From an uncultured Verrucomicrobiae bacterium (GTDB lineage: Bacteria > Verrucomicrobiota > Verrucomicrobiia > Chthoniobacterales > JAFAMB01): DNA of 64,000 bases. Below, in pieces: positions 9,077 to 20,553 of this stretch (position 1 is the first letter of the stretch; each line of letters opens with the position of its first letter). Below the pieces are notes generated by a model, which did no database searches, was not told the DNA's origin, and worked only from the letters and a program-made list of their open reading frames with translations. The stretch spans positions 128,001 to 192,000 of the forward strand of contig CAWEXO010000013.1 of the NCBI GenBank assembly GCA_963813025.1, given 5' to 3'. Both the position numbers and the translations under genes were made by a program.

Positions 9077-10198
9077 ATGTTTGTTGACCGGATCAAGATT
9101 CACGCGAAAGCGGGCGATGGCGGTGACGGCTGCGTGAGTTTCCGGCGAGAAAAATTTGTGCCGAAAGGCGGCCCCGATGGCGGCGACGGTGGGCGTGGAG
9201 GCGATATCTATCTCTTGCCGGACCTACATACCGACAATCTAGTCGATTTCTATTATCAGCCTTTGCTTCGATCCAAGCGGGGCGCGCACGGGATGGGTAA
9301 GAACATGTACGGCAAAGCTGGTAAAGACGCCGTGTATAAGGTCCCGGTCGGAACGGTGATTTATCGGATTCCGCAGCAGCCGATTCACCCGCCTGCCGCC
9401 GATGATACGGACTCCGAACCGCGAAAAGTTGCTCCGGTTCTGCCGGCAGATTGCGAGTTCGTGGCTGACTTGGTCAATCCGGGCGAGCCTTTTCTGCTCT
9501 GCCGGGGCGGCGAAGGAGGAAAGGGAAACACGCATTTCAAGAGTTCCCGAAACCGGGCGCCGCGCCAATTTACTGAGGGCGAACCAGCGGAAGAGGGACA
9601 CTTTCTGCTTGAGCTCCGGACGATTGCCGATGCCGGCTTGGTCGGGTATCCGAATGCCGGCAAGTCTACCCTGCTCACCCGCGTGTCGGCCGCCCGGCCG
9701 AAGATCGCTCCGTATCCTTTCACCACCTTGAACCCGACCATCGGTGTGGTGGAATTCGATGGGTTTGCCCGAGCGACCATCGCCGACATTCCAGGACTGA
9801 TTGAGGGAGCTCATCGGAATGTCGGTCTTGGGCATGAATTCCTGCGCCATATCGTTCGTTGTAAAGTCCTTTTATTTGTTCTTGATATGGCCGGCAGCGA
9901 TGGCCGTGATCCGCTCGAAGACCTCGGCTCGCTGCGACGCGAGCTGGATCTCTATGATCCTGCATTGGGGCGTCGACCCTGGATGATCGTTGCTAACAAA
10001 ATGGACCTGCCTGGTTCTGAAGAAAATCTGGCGATTTTGCGCAGACGTTTCTCCAATCGGCAGATCATTGCTATGTCAGCAGAAAAAGGTAACGGACTCG
10101 ATCTTTTCCGTGAAGCGCTCCGGACGCAGTTATTTGCGGGCCAACCTGATCATCTACATCGAATTCCAAAGGACTCTGGTATCCATTGTCTTCCGTGA
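9077..10198 (+). CDS. obgE: GTPase ObgE/CgtA
   Basis: FRREKFVPKGGPDGGDGG, GYPNAGKS, YPFTT, DIPG, NKMD. Confidence 0.97.
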   Translation: MFVDRIKIHAKAGDGGDGCVSFRREKFVPKGGPDGGDGGRGGDIYLLPDLHTDNLVDFYYQPLLRSKRGAHGMGKNMYGKAGKDAVYKVPVGTVIYRIPQQPIHPPAADDTDSEPRKVAPVLPADCEFVADLVNPGEPFLLCRGGEGGKGNTHFKSSRNRAPRQFTEGEPAEEGHFLLELRTIADAGLVGYPNAGKSTLLTRVSAARPKIAPYPFTTLNPTIGVVEFDGFARATIADIPGLIEGAHRNVGLGHEFLRHIVRCKVLLFVLDMAGSDGRDPLEDLGSLRRELDLYDPALGRRPWMIVANKMDLPGSEENLAILRRRFSNRQIIAMSAEKGNGLDLFREALRTQLFAGQPDHLHRIPKDSGIHCLP

Positions 10199-11343
10199 AG
10201 CCTTTGGTGGCCAGCTATTGCACGTTTTTCCTCAAACGCGAGATGCTCCACATTTACCGGCAGGTCAGTGGTCTGCGGCGCTGCGACACCTTCGTAATCA
10301 CGAAACATCGGCAAAACCCCGAAATTTATCCGTTTCCCGATCTGGAGATTCTCCCGCCGAAACGATTCAAGTTCTGGGAACGTGCCTACCGAAGATACCT
10401 AAGGCGCGAGCCGCCGCTGGTGTATCGAGGAGAATTTGAGAGCATGCGCCGTATTCTCATCCGGCGAGACCCGGACTTACTCCACGTCTATTTCGGAAAC
10501 ACCGGGGTCCATCTGCTTCCGTTGCTTGAGGCTTGGGATCGTCCGGTAGTAGTCTCCTTCCACGGGGTGGACGTGCAGACGCGGCCGAGAGAACGCAACT
10601 ATTTGTCGCGGCTGCAACGCCTCTTCCAGGTTGTGCGGCTTGCCTTGGTCCGCAGCAAGTCGCTCGGCGATCGCTTGATCGAGATTGGTTGTGATCCGAC
10701 CAAGATCCGCTTGAACCGAACCGGGATACCACTCGAAAACTTTCCTTATCAGGCGCGCCAACCGCCCGTGGACGGTCAGTGGTGTCTCGTTCAAGCCTCC
10801 CGGCTCATTGAAAAAAAAGGTTTGTTCACAACGTTGCGCGCCTTTGCCACCTTCCGGGACACTCATCCAAAGGCCAGACTCTTCTTTGCTGGAGAGGGTC
10901 CGCTGCGGTCCGGGCTGGAAACGCGTGTTCGGGAAATGGGTTTGACGCGGAACGTTTTCTTCACCGGCTTCCTTGCTCAACCGCAGCTGCGCGATTTGTT
11001 CAAGAGCGCCCACATCTTTGTTCATCCAAGCGAGACGACGGCGGATCAAAACCGCGAAGGCGTGCCAAACTCCATGTTGGAGGCGATGGCCACCGGCCTG
11101 CCGGTAGTGGCGACCCGCCACGGCGGCATTCCCGAAGCGGTCATTCACGGAACAAGCGGCCTTTTGGTGGCGGAGCGTGACGATACCGCGTTGGCTGCCG
11201 CCCTGCTGACGATGGCGGGCGACCTGAGCCGTTGGCGGGAAATGGGCGTAACCGCTTTCCGGGATGTTGCCGCCAATTTCAGCTGCCCGCGACAGGTTGC
11301 CAACCTTGAGGACTGCTACTTCGAAGCATTGCAGAAGACGTAG
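10195..11343 (+). CDS. GT4 glycosyltransferase (WcaL/AmsK-like)
   Basis: SFHGVD, RLIEKKG, EGVPNSMLEAMATGLPVVAT..GGIPE; GTG start overlaps the obgE stop. Confidence 0.88.
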   Translation: MKPLVASYCTFFLKREMLHIYRQVSGLRRCDTFVITKHRQNPEIYPFPDLEILPPKRFKFWERAYRRYLRREPPLVYRGEFESMRRILIRRDPDLLHVYFGNTGVHLLPLLEAWDRPVVVSFHGVDVQTRPRERNYLSRLQRLFQVVRLALVRSKSLGDRLIEIGCDPTKIRLNRTGIPLENFPYQARQPPVDGQWCLVQASRLIEKKGLFTTLRAFATFRDTHPKARLFFAGEGPLRSGLETRVREMGLTRNVFFTGFLAQPQLRDLFKSAHIFVHPSETTADQNREGVPNSMLEAMATGLPVVATRHGGIPEAVIHGTSGLLVAERDDTALAAALLTMAGDLSRWREMGVTAFRDVAANFSCPRQVANLEDCYFEALQKT

Positions 11344-11399
11344 GAGCCTTTTTATTTTCGCCGACCGGCACGGGACTTTCCTTTACCGAGCTGCCCCGC

Positions 11400-11741
11400 T
11401 TAGCGGTTGGCGTCCGCAGGGGGATCCAGGCGAAAGATCGTCTCCCCTGGACGCATCAGATCCAGTTTATCGCGCGCAATCAATTCGATGTAACCGGGAT
11501 CATTCTGCAACAAGTTCAATTGTCGAGTTCGCCTATCGAGGAGCGATCGTTCCTGGTTAACTTGTTCGCGCAGGGATTGTAAGGCGAGTTGTTCTTTTTG
11601 CTGATCTCGCACCAAAGGAAGAAACCAGCAGGTGATCAGAATCAGCGCCGCCAGAAAGACCAGGAAGTAGAGAGCGCGATTGAGAAGCGAATGAAACCAA
11701 TCGTCGCGTGAATCATCAAACTCCTGGTAAACCGATCTCAC
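11400..11741 (-). CDS. ftsB: FtsB/DivIC septum formation initiator
   Basis: TM helix, coiled coil, L.NDPGYIELIARDKLDLMRPGETIF; downstream of eno. Confidence 0.85.
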   Translation of the reverse strand: MRSVYQEFDDSRDDWFHSLLNRALYFLVFLAALILITCWFLPLVRDQQKEQLALQSLREQVNQERSLLDRRTRQLNLLQNDPGYIELIARDKLDLMRPGETIFRLDPPADANR

Positions 11742-13028
<1,287 letters not shown>

Positions 13029-13031
13029 TCA

Positions 13032-14894
13032 CTATTGGTTCGAATGACCCGCTTCCTGCAGGCTCTGCTTTGCGTTGACGGGATAGGCCGAGATCGAAAC
13101 AACTTCGACTTCCTCGCTGCCGGTTTCATTTGGTAGCTCCACGAGTTCGCCAATCTTTTTGCCCAGAAGCGCCTGGCCGATCGCCGTCAGGTAGGAAACG
13201 ATGTGCTGCTCAGGGTTGCCGTCCCATGCTCCCAAAATACTGTAGACTTGGACCGAACCGGTTCGCCGGTTCCGGAGTTTGACTACGGTCCCAATCGACA
13301 CTTGCGAATCATCGACGTTCGCGAAATTAGTGCCCCGCGCGCGAGCAAGCATCTGCTCGAGCTCCGCTTTACGCCGCATCAGGACTGTTTGCATCTCCTT
13401 GGCCGCTTTAAACTCAAAATTCTCCCGAAGATCGCCGTAGGAGCGGGCAACGCCGATCTCGCGCGTATTTTCCGGGATCTTTTTGGAGACAAGGTCATCG
13501 TACTCAGCTTTCCTCTTTTCCAGACTCGCCCAGGAAACGATGAGCGCCTCGTCGCGCCGTTCGGAATCCCCGGTGAGCAGGAACTGCAGATCCGGATTGA
13601 CTTTGATCATTCGAGCCATGAGCGAGCGTTTGTTCAATTCCTCGAATGCGGGAGTGAGCATCATCCTCCGCATGAGGTCACGGCATTCACCCGGTGTCGC
13701 GGTGACCAATAGGTCGGAGATCAAATCACGATCGTCGATCAGCAAATCATGGACTTTCGAACTGCGGCGGACTTCACTGAACTGGTCGCGTTCGAGCGCG
13801 CTGAGGCATGCGGTAAGCAGCTCTGGCCCAAGCAAATCGGGGAACTGGGTGGCGCCTCGTTCCTTGCTCAGCCAGTAAAGAACGTCCGATGAGACCGAGT
13901 GCTCTTTGATTGTGCGATTCAACAGCTGATGCAGTTCTTCGGTCTTGCCGTGTTCGACCAGAACTTTGGCGATCTCGCCGACTGCGCGATAGTTCACTGA
14001 CTGGAGGAGATCGAGCAGCAGCGAATCCCAGCGATCGGGAAAAGCGCGAGGCACTTCGCTGAGGAGCCGGCGGTATTTGGTCGCGGCAATCTGACCGAGA
14101 ATCTTATCAAGCCGCCGTTCGTGCTCGCGCAACGCGGCAACAACAGAGTAATCAGCGTTGACCGAGGAGGGGTGCCGGGCGGCCAACTCCTCTTTCACGA
14201 TCAAAATCTCGAAGCTCTGGGCGGGGTGGAGTCGCAGATTGCGGGCGGCGACATTCTCGGCTTGAGTGACCAGAGTCTGGATCTGTTCCGGCGAGAAGCT
14301 GTCCTCGTTTTTCAAGACCTGTTCCAGCAGGACCTCTTGTTGCTTTAGTTGACGAGCTCCCTGGAAACGCTCGATCAATTCGTCGGCAAAGGAGACACTC
14401 TGGTCGCGGGCGATGATCGGCTCGGTCTTTTTGGCTGGAATACTGACCCGGCCACTTTTCCGCACTGTTTTGCGCGCATTCTCCCACCATTTTTTGAAAT
14501 CAGCCTCCGGAACGATATCGGGGGCCAGAGCCTTCTGGAGTTGATCTTGCGTCACCTTACCGCCGAAACTCTCAATCGCCTGCAAGACTAGTCCGGTCGG
14601 ATCAGTTCGCGCCAAGTCCCGCAACGCCTCGGGATGCTTTGCCTTGCGAACCAGAAAATGGTCCGGCGCAAGTGGTTGCACGGCCTCGGCGGCATAGGAA
14701 AGCTGCATGGAATGTTCTCTTTTTTCCTGAAAATCGATAACGATTTGGTTGAGCAGCAAATTCCAGCTCCGGACCTGACCGAACCCCCAGCTTTTGTGTA
14801 AAACGTAAGTCTCTGGCGACAGACTCTCGATCTGGGCGGCGGTTTTTGAGGTGATTTTACCGGAGTCGACCAGGTTCTGAAGTTCTGCGTCCAT
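13032..14894 (-). CDS. greA: GreA-family transcription elongation factor with a long N-terminal extension
   Basis: C-terminal ARSYGDLRENFEFKAAKE and VSIGT..ILG..VSYLTAIGQALLG; start set at ATG 14894. Confidence 0.85.
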   Translation of the reverse strand: MDAELQNLVDSGKITSKTAAQIESLSPETYVLHKSWGFGQVRSWNLLLNQIVIDFQEKREHSMQLSYAAEAVQPLAPDHFLVRKAKHPEALRDLARTDPTGLVLQAIESFGGKVTQDQLQKALAPDIVPEADFKKWWENARKTVRKSGRVSIPAKKTEPIIARDQSVSFADELIERFQGARQLKQQEVLLEQVLKNEDSFSPEQIQTLVTQAENVAARNLRLHPAQSFEILIVKEELAARHPSSVNADYSVVAALREHERRLDKILGQIAATKYRRLLSEVPRAFPDRWDSLLLDLLQSVNYRAVGEIAKVLVEHGKTEELHQLLNRTIKEHSVSSDVLYWLSKERGATQFPDLLGPELLTACLSALERDQFSEVRRSSKVHDLLIDDRDLISDLLVTATPGECRDLMRRMMLTPAFEELNKRSLMARMIKVNPDLQFLLTGDSERRDEALIVSWASLEKRKAEYDDLVSKKIPENTREIGVARSYGDLRENFEFKAAKEMQTVLMRRKAELEQMLARARGTNFANVDDSQVSIGTVVKLRNRRTGSVQVYSILGAWDGNPEQHIVSYLTAIGQALLGKKIGELVELPNETGSEEVEVVSISAYPVNAKQSLQEAGHSNQ

Positions 14895-15096
14895 AGGGAA
14901 GTTTGAACATAGAGAAGAGAGACGGTGTCGCCACCGAAAACTCCGGGCGGACCAAATTTGTTTCCGGGTTCCCGGCTGGCAAATCTCGGATCGGAGAATC
15001 CCCGACTCGGGACGCGGAACTCGCACCCGGAGAGCGCGGCGCGCCATTTCCGATTGACCCAAAAATATGGGCATCGTACCGTGCGCGGCTTTGAAA

Positions 15097-16155
15097 ATGG
15101 CGAACTTTCTTCTTTCCCGGAGTCGAATCACTGGTCTGATCGGGGTTGTTTTTCTTACATCGGGCGGCGCAATTTTGAGCGAGCCGGCTCAGGCCGATCC
15201 GATCAGCGAGCTCCGGTCGATCTCGGTGTTTAAGAATGCTGATTTGAATAGACTTGCTGCCGGCGAAGTTTTGGCGTCCCGCGGTCCGGCCATGAATTTC
15301 AGTCGTGGCCTGGCGGTGGAATCGGCTTTTGTCATTCGCGCTCCGGTGCAGCGGGCGGTGATGCTCCAGCAACAGTGGAATCCGACGCGCCATTCGGAAT
15401 TGCGAACCTACATACAACAAGATATCTCCGCGCGTCCGTCGCCGGCCGATTTTCAAAGATTGGCGAGCGCACCCTCGAGTGCTGCCGTGCGCGCCTTCGC
15501 CGAAGCGACCAGCCGTCTGCCGGGAGACATGTCCAAGCTTCAGCTCAGCGCGGCCGAGGCAAAGTCCTACAGCGGCGGTGCGGCAGGCGGCGGGGGCAGT
15601 ACGCCGGCATCAGTGGTCGCTTTCTGGTCGAGGATTTTAGCGGCGAGAGCCCAAGCATATCTTTCCGGTGGATTTGCCGCGCAACCTCCTTATGAGACAA
15701 GCAGCGGGACGATCCGGGTTTCCGATGACGCCACGCGGCTGCTGCGCGAAGATCCTGGGGTGCGATCACTGTTTGGTTCTTTCATCAGCAGCGCCGGGAT
15801 TGGCGATAGTCGAGGTTCTTTGTCACCGAGCATTTATTGGCAAATGTTCGATGCGGAAGGATTGGCGGCGGTGAACCTCGGGGCGTTTTATTCCAAACCG
15901 TCCGGAGACGCGATCCAAGCGGCTGATGTACAGTATTATTCAAGCGGCGGTTTCTACACGGCTCTGACGTTTTACCAATTCTGGCCGGTTACCATTGGTG
16001 GGCAAAGCGCCTCGCTGGTGTGGCGTTCTGACCTGATCTCGTCAGCTGGGCTGGATCTGCGCGGGGTCGAACGCATGGGGGCAGGCGCCGCAGCCATGCG
16101 CGAGGTGCAAAAGGGCGTAAAGGCATTTTTGAGAGACAACGGCCGGCCTAGATAA
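15097..16155 (+). CDS. Hypothetical exported protein
   Basis: Long ORF with a signal-peptide-like N-terminus (..AQA|D); first gene of a co-oriented cluster. Confidence 0.7.
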   Translation: MANFLLSRSRITGLIGVVFLTSGGAILSEPAQADPISELRSISVFKNADLNRLAAGEVLASRGPAMNFSRGLAVESAFVIRAPVQRAVMLQQQWNPTRHSELRTYIQQDISARPSPADFQRLASAPSSAAVRAFAEATSRLPGDMSKLQLSAAEAKSYSGGAAGGGGSTPASVVAFWSRILAARAQAYLSGGFAAQPPYETSSGTIRVSDDATRLLREDPGVRSLFGSFISSAGIGDSRGSLSPSIYWQMFDAEGLAAVNLGAFYSKPSGDAIQAADVQYYSSGGFYTALTFYQFWPVTIGGQSASLVWRSDLISSAGLDLRGVERMGAGAAAMREVQKGVKAFLRDNGRPR

Positions 16156-16171
16156 AATGGTTTGGTGATCA

Positions 16172-17134
16172 ATGAACCAGGCGATCAGAGGATGCGATTT
16201 TCGACCAGACGCCAGCCGCGGCCGATGGTTCCTCTGCGGATTCCTCGCCTTCCTGGTCACCGCGACGAGCACGGTGCACGGCGCCCCGGTTTTCGACACG
16301 ACGCCGAGCAATTCCAATTCGGCATCGGCTTTGTCTTGGGATGTTGAAGGAGACGCCTCTTTTGTCGGGTCCGGTGAAATCAATCGGGCCAGCCGCAGCT
16401 TTGGTGATATTTCAGAAATTGAAGCGTCCTTCGGCGCGATCTCCTCGTACCAGCTGACGGACAAATTTCTCCTTCGCCTTGGTGCTGAATGGGAGCGGTT
16501 TTCGTTTGATCCTGACCGCTCAGCGCCGGTCCCGGAAACTCTGGAAGATGTAAACCTGGTCTTGGGTGCTGATATTCAGGTCACGCCGGCTATCTTGATG
16601 CGGATCGACTTTCGCCCCGGTCTTTACGGTGAGTTTTCCCAGCTTTCGACCGGCAGCTTTTTTATGCCTATCCAGATTGGAGGCTCGTACTTTGTCAGTC
16701 CCCAGCTTTTGTTTGTTGCGGGCATCGGCATCAACTATGAGAACGATCTGCCGGTCTTTCCCGCGATCGGGGTGCGGTGGCAGGCAACCCCGAAATTTCT
16801 GGTCGACTTGGTTCTGCCCAAGCCGAGCCTCGATTACCAGCTCACCGACAAACTCACCGCTTTTCTCGGAGCGAATTTGCTTGGGGCGACGTTCCGGGTA
16901 GGAAACCGTTATGGTCGGGATACTGGCATCCGACAGATCGATCACGGCGTTCTCGAGTACACCGAAATTCGAGCGGGAGGAGGAGTAACATGGAAAGTCA
17001 ATCGTATCGTTAACTTCAGTGTAGAAGGCGGCTGCGTACCGTATCGAAGGTTCGATTTCAACAGAGCGGATTTCAAAATCCTGTCGACCGATATTGCTCC
17101 CTATATACAGATCGCCTTTTCGGCGAAGTTCTGA
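16172..17134 (+). CDS. Predicted outer-membrane beta-barrel protein (DUF6268-like)
   Basis: Signal peptide, alternating amphipathic strands, FPAIGVRW, C-terminal YIQIAFSAKF beta-signal. Confidence 0.7.
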   Translation: MNQAIRGCDFRPDASRGRWFLCGFLAFLVTATSTVHGAPVFDTTPSNSNSASALSWDVEGDASFVGSGEINRASRSFGDISEIEASFGAISSYQLTDKFLLRLGAEWERFSFDPDRSAPVPETLEDVNLVLGADIQVTPAILMRIDFRPGLYGEFSQLSTGSFFMPIQIGGSYFVSPQLLFVAGIGINYENDLPVFPAIGVRWQATPKFLVDLVLPKPSLDYQLTDKLTAFLGANLLGATFRVGNRYGRDTGIRQIDHGVLEYTEIRAGGGVTWKVNRIVNFSVEGGCVPYRRFDFNRADFKILSTDIAPYIQIAFSAKF

Positions 17135-17164
17135 TGTCGTAGATTATCACGGCTTTTCCACGGC

Positions 17165-18130
17165 ATGACTGATCCGGCGATTTTGCTACACGATCTCTCC
17201 AAGACGTTCGGGAAAACTGTGGCCGTGGATCGGCTCTCGATGGCGATTGGGCAGGGAGAAATATTTGGTTTCCTCGGCGCGAATGGCGCCGGGAAGACGA
17301 CAACTATCCGGATGCTCTGCGGTTTGACGGCGGCGAGTCGAGGCAGTGGATCCATCTTCGGCCTCGATATTTTCAGGGATCGTTTTCGGATCCGCTCGCG
17401 GTTCGGTTACGTGCCGCAGCGCTTCAGCCTTTACCAGGACCTGACAGTGCTGGAAAACATGCGTTTTTTCGGGGGCGCGTATGGGGTGCCAGTGACCCGT
17501 CTCCGGGAACGGATCACCCATCTGATGGGTGAGTTTGACCTCACCTCCAAACGAGACGCTCGGGCCGGCAGCTTGTCGGGGGGATATAAACAGCTGTTGT
17601 CGATCGCCTGTTCACTCATTCATCAGCCTGCATTACTCTTTCTGGACGAACCGACCGCCGGTCTGGATCCGGTGCATCGCCAATACATTTGGGATCTGCT
17701 CTACGAATTGAGCCAGGACGGTGCCACGATCTTTGTGACGACGCACTACATGGATGAAGCCGAGCGCTGCACTGATGTGGGGTTTATCCAGGGCGGTCGG
17801 CTCCTCGCGAAAGGTTCTCCGCTGGATTTGAAAAACCGTCTGCATGGTAAGCTGCTCGAAGTGCACGTCGAGCCGGTGATGGAGGCGATCGCGGCGTTGC
17901 GCGCTGTTCCCGGCGTCTACGGGGTGGAGTTGCGGAGTGGGCGGCTCCGGCTGCAAGCACACAATCCGGAAGCATTGCTGGGTCAGTGGCTCGAGCACTG
18001 GCCATATGCGCATCTTTGCTGGATGGGCTATGCCTGGGTCGAGCCGGACATGGAGGATGTCTTCATGGCTTATTCTCTCGGAAATTACCAGGCGATTGGC
18101 GCGCCGGCGGAGCAAGGGGCCACACGATGA
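17165..18130 (+). CDS. ABC-2 transporter ATP-binding protein
   Basis: GANGAGKT, LSGG, LFLDEPTAGLDP, TTHYMDEAE. Confidence 0.93.
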   Translation: MTDPAILLHDLSKTFGKTVAVDRLSMAIGQGEIFGFLGANGAGKTTTIRMLCGLTAASRGSGSIFGLDIFRDRFRIRSRFGYVPQRFSLYQDLTVLENMRFFGGAYGVPVTRLRERITHLMGEFDLTSKRDARAGSLSGGYKQLLSIACSLIHQPALLFLDEPTAGLDPVHRQYIWDLLYELSQDGATIFVTTHYMDEAERCTDVGFIQGGRLLAKGSPLDLKNRLHGKLLEVHVEPVMEAIAALRAVPGVYGVELRSGRLRLQAHNPEALLGQWLEHWPYAHLCWMGYAWVEPDMEDVFMAYSLGNYQAIGAPAEQGATR

Positions 18131-19320
18131 AGTTTCGTCTGCGCTGGAGCGCGATTACCACGATAGCGTACAAGGAATTCATTCATGTCTGGCGGGACCG
18201 GCGGGTGTTGCTTTCGATTATCATTCTCCCGCCCTTTTTTACGTTGGTGTTTGGGCACGCTTTTGAGGATACCGGTCCGCACGACATTCCGGCGCTTTTG
18301 TACGATGCAGACAAGTCTAGCGACAGCCAGCAATTGATCGATTTGTTGCGCGCCAAAGGCATTTTCGTGTGGCGCGATTGGAATGGCCCGGAAAAAAATG
18401 GGCATGTCAACCTGCTAAAAAACAGGGCGAGCGTCGCGATCATTATTCCGAAAGGCTGGAGCAACGGTCTTCATAATGGAGATCCGATCCCGGTCCAAGT
18501 TGTCCTCGATGGCACGGACACGAATACTGCTCCGGAGATCCAGGGAACCATCCAGGAAGTACTCGGCGACTTCCAGATGAAGTCGCGGGAGAATATGATC
18601 GATACGCTGCCGGACGAGGTTTTCGAAATGGGTCGCAAGCTACCCGAGAGTGTTCGAAACGAGTTTGGATCCGCCATGACTCCATGGACTCTTCAAAGCA
18701 AGATTCTTTACAATCCAGAGAGGAAATTCATCGATTTCATCATGCCCGGGATTGTCGGCCTGATTCTGCAACTTCTGACGGTCACTCTGATCGCCAGCAC
18801 CATCACTCAGGAACGCGAGGTCGGAACATTGTCGCAGTTGATCGTAACACCCCTTCGACAGACGGAGATTGTGATCGGAAAGGTGCTTCCCTATCTCGTT
18901 ATTTCCTTGCTGCTGATCGCAGGTACGATTGTGCTCAGCCATTGGCATTTCGGCGTACGATTCCGGCAGCCGTTCACCCTGGCTTTGGTTTGCTTTCTCT
19001 TTCTGCTGTGCTCGCTCGGGCTGGGGCTGCTGATCTCGGCGTTTTCCAAAACACAGACACAAGCTATTCAGTTCTCGCTTTTTGTGCTCCTTCCGATTTT
19101 CCTGTTGTCTGGCGCGTTCGCTCCGCTCGATCAGTTGCCGCGCACAGTCCAACTCTTCGCTCAACTCTTTCCTTTAACGCATTTTTGCCGGGCCTTTCGC
19201 CTGACAAATCTCTATAATGCGCCGATTTCTTTCATTGTTGTTGATCTTGTGTTTCTGACATTTGGGGCGCTTGCCACAGGGGCCGCGGCGGCATTCTTGC
19301 TGCGCTCGGCGGATGACTAG
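18127..19320 (+). CDS. ABC-2 transporter permease (YbhR/YbhS-like)
   Basis: KEFIHVWRDRR, PGIVG, EREVGTLSQLIVTP, LLSG.FAPL; ATGA overlap with the ATPase. Confidence 0.92.
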   Translation: MKFRLRWSAITTIAYKEFIHVWRDRRVLLSIIILPPFFTLVFGHAFEDTGPHDIPALLYDADKSSDSQQLIDLLRAKGIFVWRDWNGPEKNGHVNLLKNRASVAIIIPKGWSNGLHNGDPIPVQVVLDGTDTNTAPEIQGTIQEVLGDFQMKSRENMIDTLPDEVFEMGRKLPESVRNEFGSAMTPWTLQSKILYNPERKFIDFIMPGIVGLILQLLTVTLIASTITQEREVGTLSQLIVTPLRQTEIVIGKVLPYLVISLLLIAGTIVLSHWHFGVRFRQPFTLALVCFLFLLCSLGLGLLISAFSKTQTQAIQFSLFVLLPIFLLSGAFAPLDQLPRTVQLFAQLFPLTHFCRAFRLTNLYNAPISFIVVDLVFLTFGALATGAAAAFLLRSADD

Positions 19321-20446
19321 TGCCTAATTGCGTAAGTTAGTTATATGTATGGCGACTTTCCCCTGATGTACCTGGGATTTGGTCCATTCGAAGGGAGCCG
19401 CATTGTTATTGTAGTTCTTGATGAAGGTGTCGATGGCGTTGCGCAGCTCTGCCACGCTGGTGAAGTTTGCCCCCTGGAGGGCTTGGCGGCTCAAGATACT
19501 AAACCAGATCTCAATCTGGTTGAGCCAAGAAGCGTGGGTTGGAGTGAAATGAAAATGCACATTGGGGTGAGCCTTCAACCAGCGATCTTGCTTTGGCTTA
19601 TGGGTCGCAAGGTTGTCTAAGACCACATGAATTTCTTTGTCGAGATTTCCGGCAACTACCTGGTTCATAAACTCCAGGAATTCCCGTCGGCGCTGGCGCC
19701 GGTAATGACCAGCCTGCACTTGGCCGCTGGCAATGTTGAGGGCGGCAAAGAGAGTGGAGGTGCCATGGCGCTTGTACTCGTGGCTAAAACCCGTCAGCGC
19801 CCTGCCATTGGGCAAGCGAATCCAACCTTGGGCTCTTTCCAGGGCTTGAATGGCTGGTTTTTCATCAATGGCCAAGATGAGCGCATTCTGGGGCGGATTG
19901 AGATAAAGACCGACAATGTCAGCGGCCTTGCGCACAAACTCCGGATCGGTGGAAATGCACCAGCTGCGGCGCCGTTCCAATTCAATGCCTTGTTGGCGCA
20001 AAATGCGCCAGACTTGATCGGAGGAAACATCGGCCAGACTCTGCGCCAGCAGTCGCCCATTCCAGCGCCCGTAGCCCGCCGGTGGATCTTCATCCAGCAG
20101 CGCCAAGACCCGCTTGACCGTCATTTGATCATACTTGGCCGGCTTTCCACTGCGTGGCGCGTCTTCCAAGCCAGCCAGGCCTTGGCGCACAAAGCGCCGC
20201 CGCCATTTACTCACCGTCACCTCGGGAATGCGCAGGCTCTTGGCAATCGCACGTCCACTCAAGCCCGCTGCCGCCTTCAAGATAATCTGACTCCTGACCT
20301 TGAGCCGGTGTTCGACCCGTTGCGCTCGACTCCAACCCTCCAAGAGCTTGCGGTTTTCCACAGAAAGTTTGATGCGACCCGTTGCCATCCATCCAACAAA
20401 TCATAATTTTTCATAAATATAAAGAACTAAAGCAACTAAGTACTAG
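19317..20446 (-). mobile_element. IS630-family insertion sequence
   Basis: Flanked by CTAG (19317-19320, 20443-20446); imperfect inverted repeats TGCCTAATTGC / TACTTAGTTGC. Confidence 0.9.
19324..20388 (-). CDS. IS630-family transposase
   Basis: HTH N-terminus, DAPRSGKP, AIDEK, YKRHGT, VLDNL, SWLNQIEIWF (DDE). Confidence 0.96.
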   Translation of the reverse strand: MATGRIKLSVENRKLLEGWSRAQRVEHRLKVRSQIILKAAAGLSGRAIAKSLRIPEVTVSKWRRRFVRQGLAGLEDAPRSGKPAKYDQMTVKRVLALLDEDPPAGYGRWNGRLLAQSLADVSSDQVWRILRQQGIELERRRSWCISTDPEFVRKAADIVGLYLNPPQNALILAIDEKPAIQALERAQGWIRLPNGRALTGFSHEYKRHGTSTLFAALNIASGQVQAGHYRRQRRREFLEFMNQVVAGNLDKEIHVVLDNLATHKPKQDRWLKAHPNVHFHFTPTHASWLNQIEIWFSILSRQALQGANFTSVAELRNAIDTFIKNYNNNAAPFEWTKSQVHQGKVAIHITNLRN

Positions 20447-20553
20447 TCGGCATTGCTCGCAGATCCTTGAAGATTTCCGAGCGATGCAGAATTTGAGTTC
20501 GACGGAAAGGCCGGCTGGTTGAACCTTAGCGGGAATTCATTACTGATCTGGTT

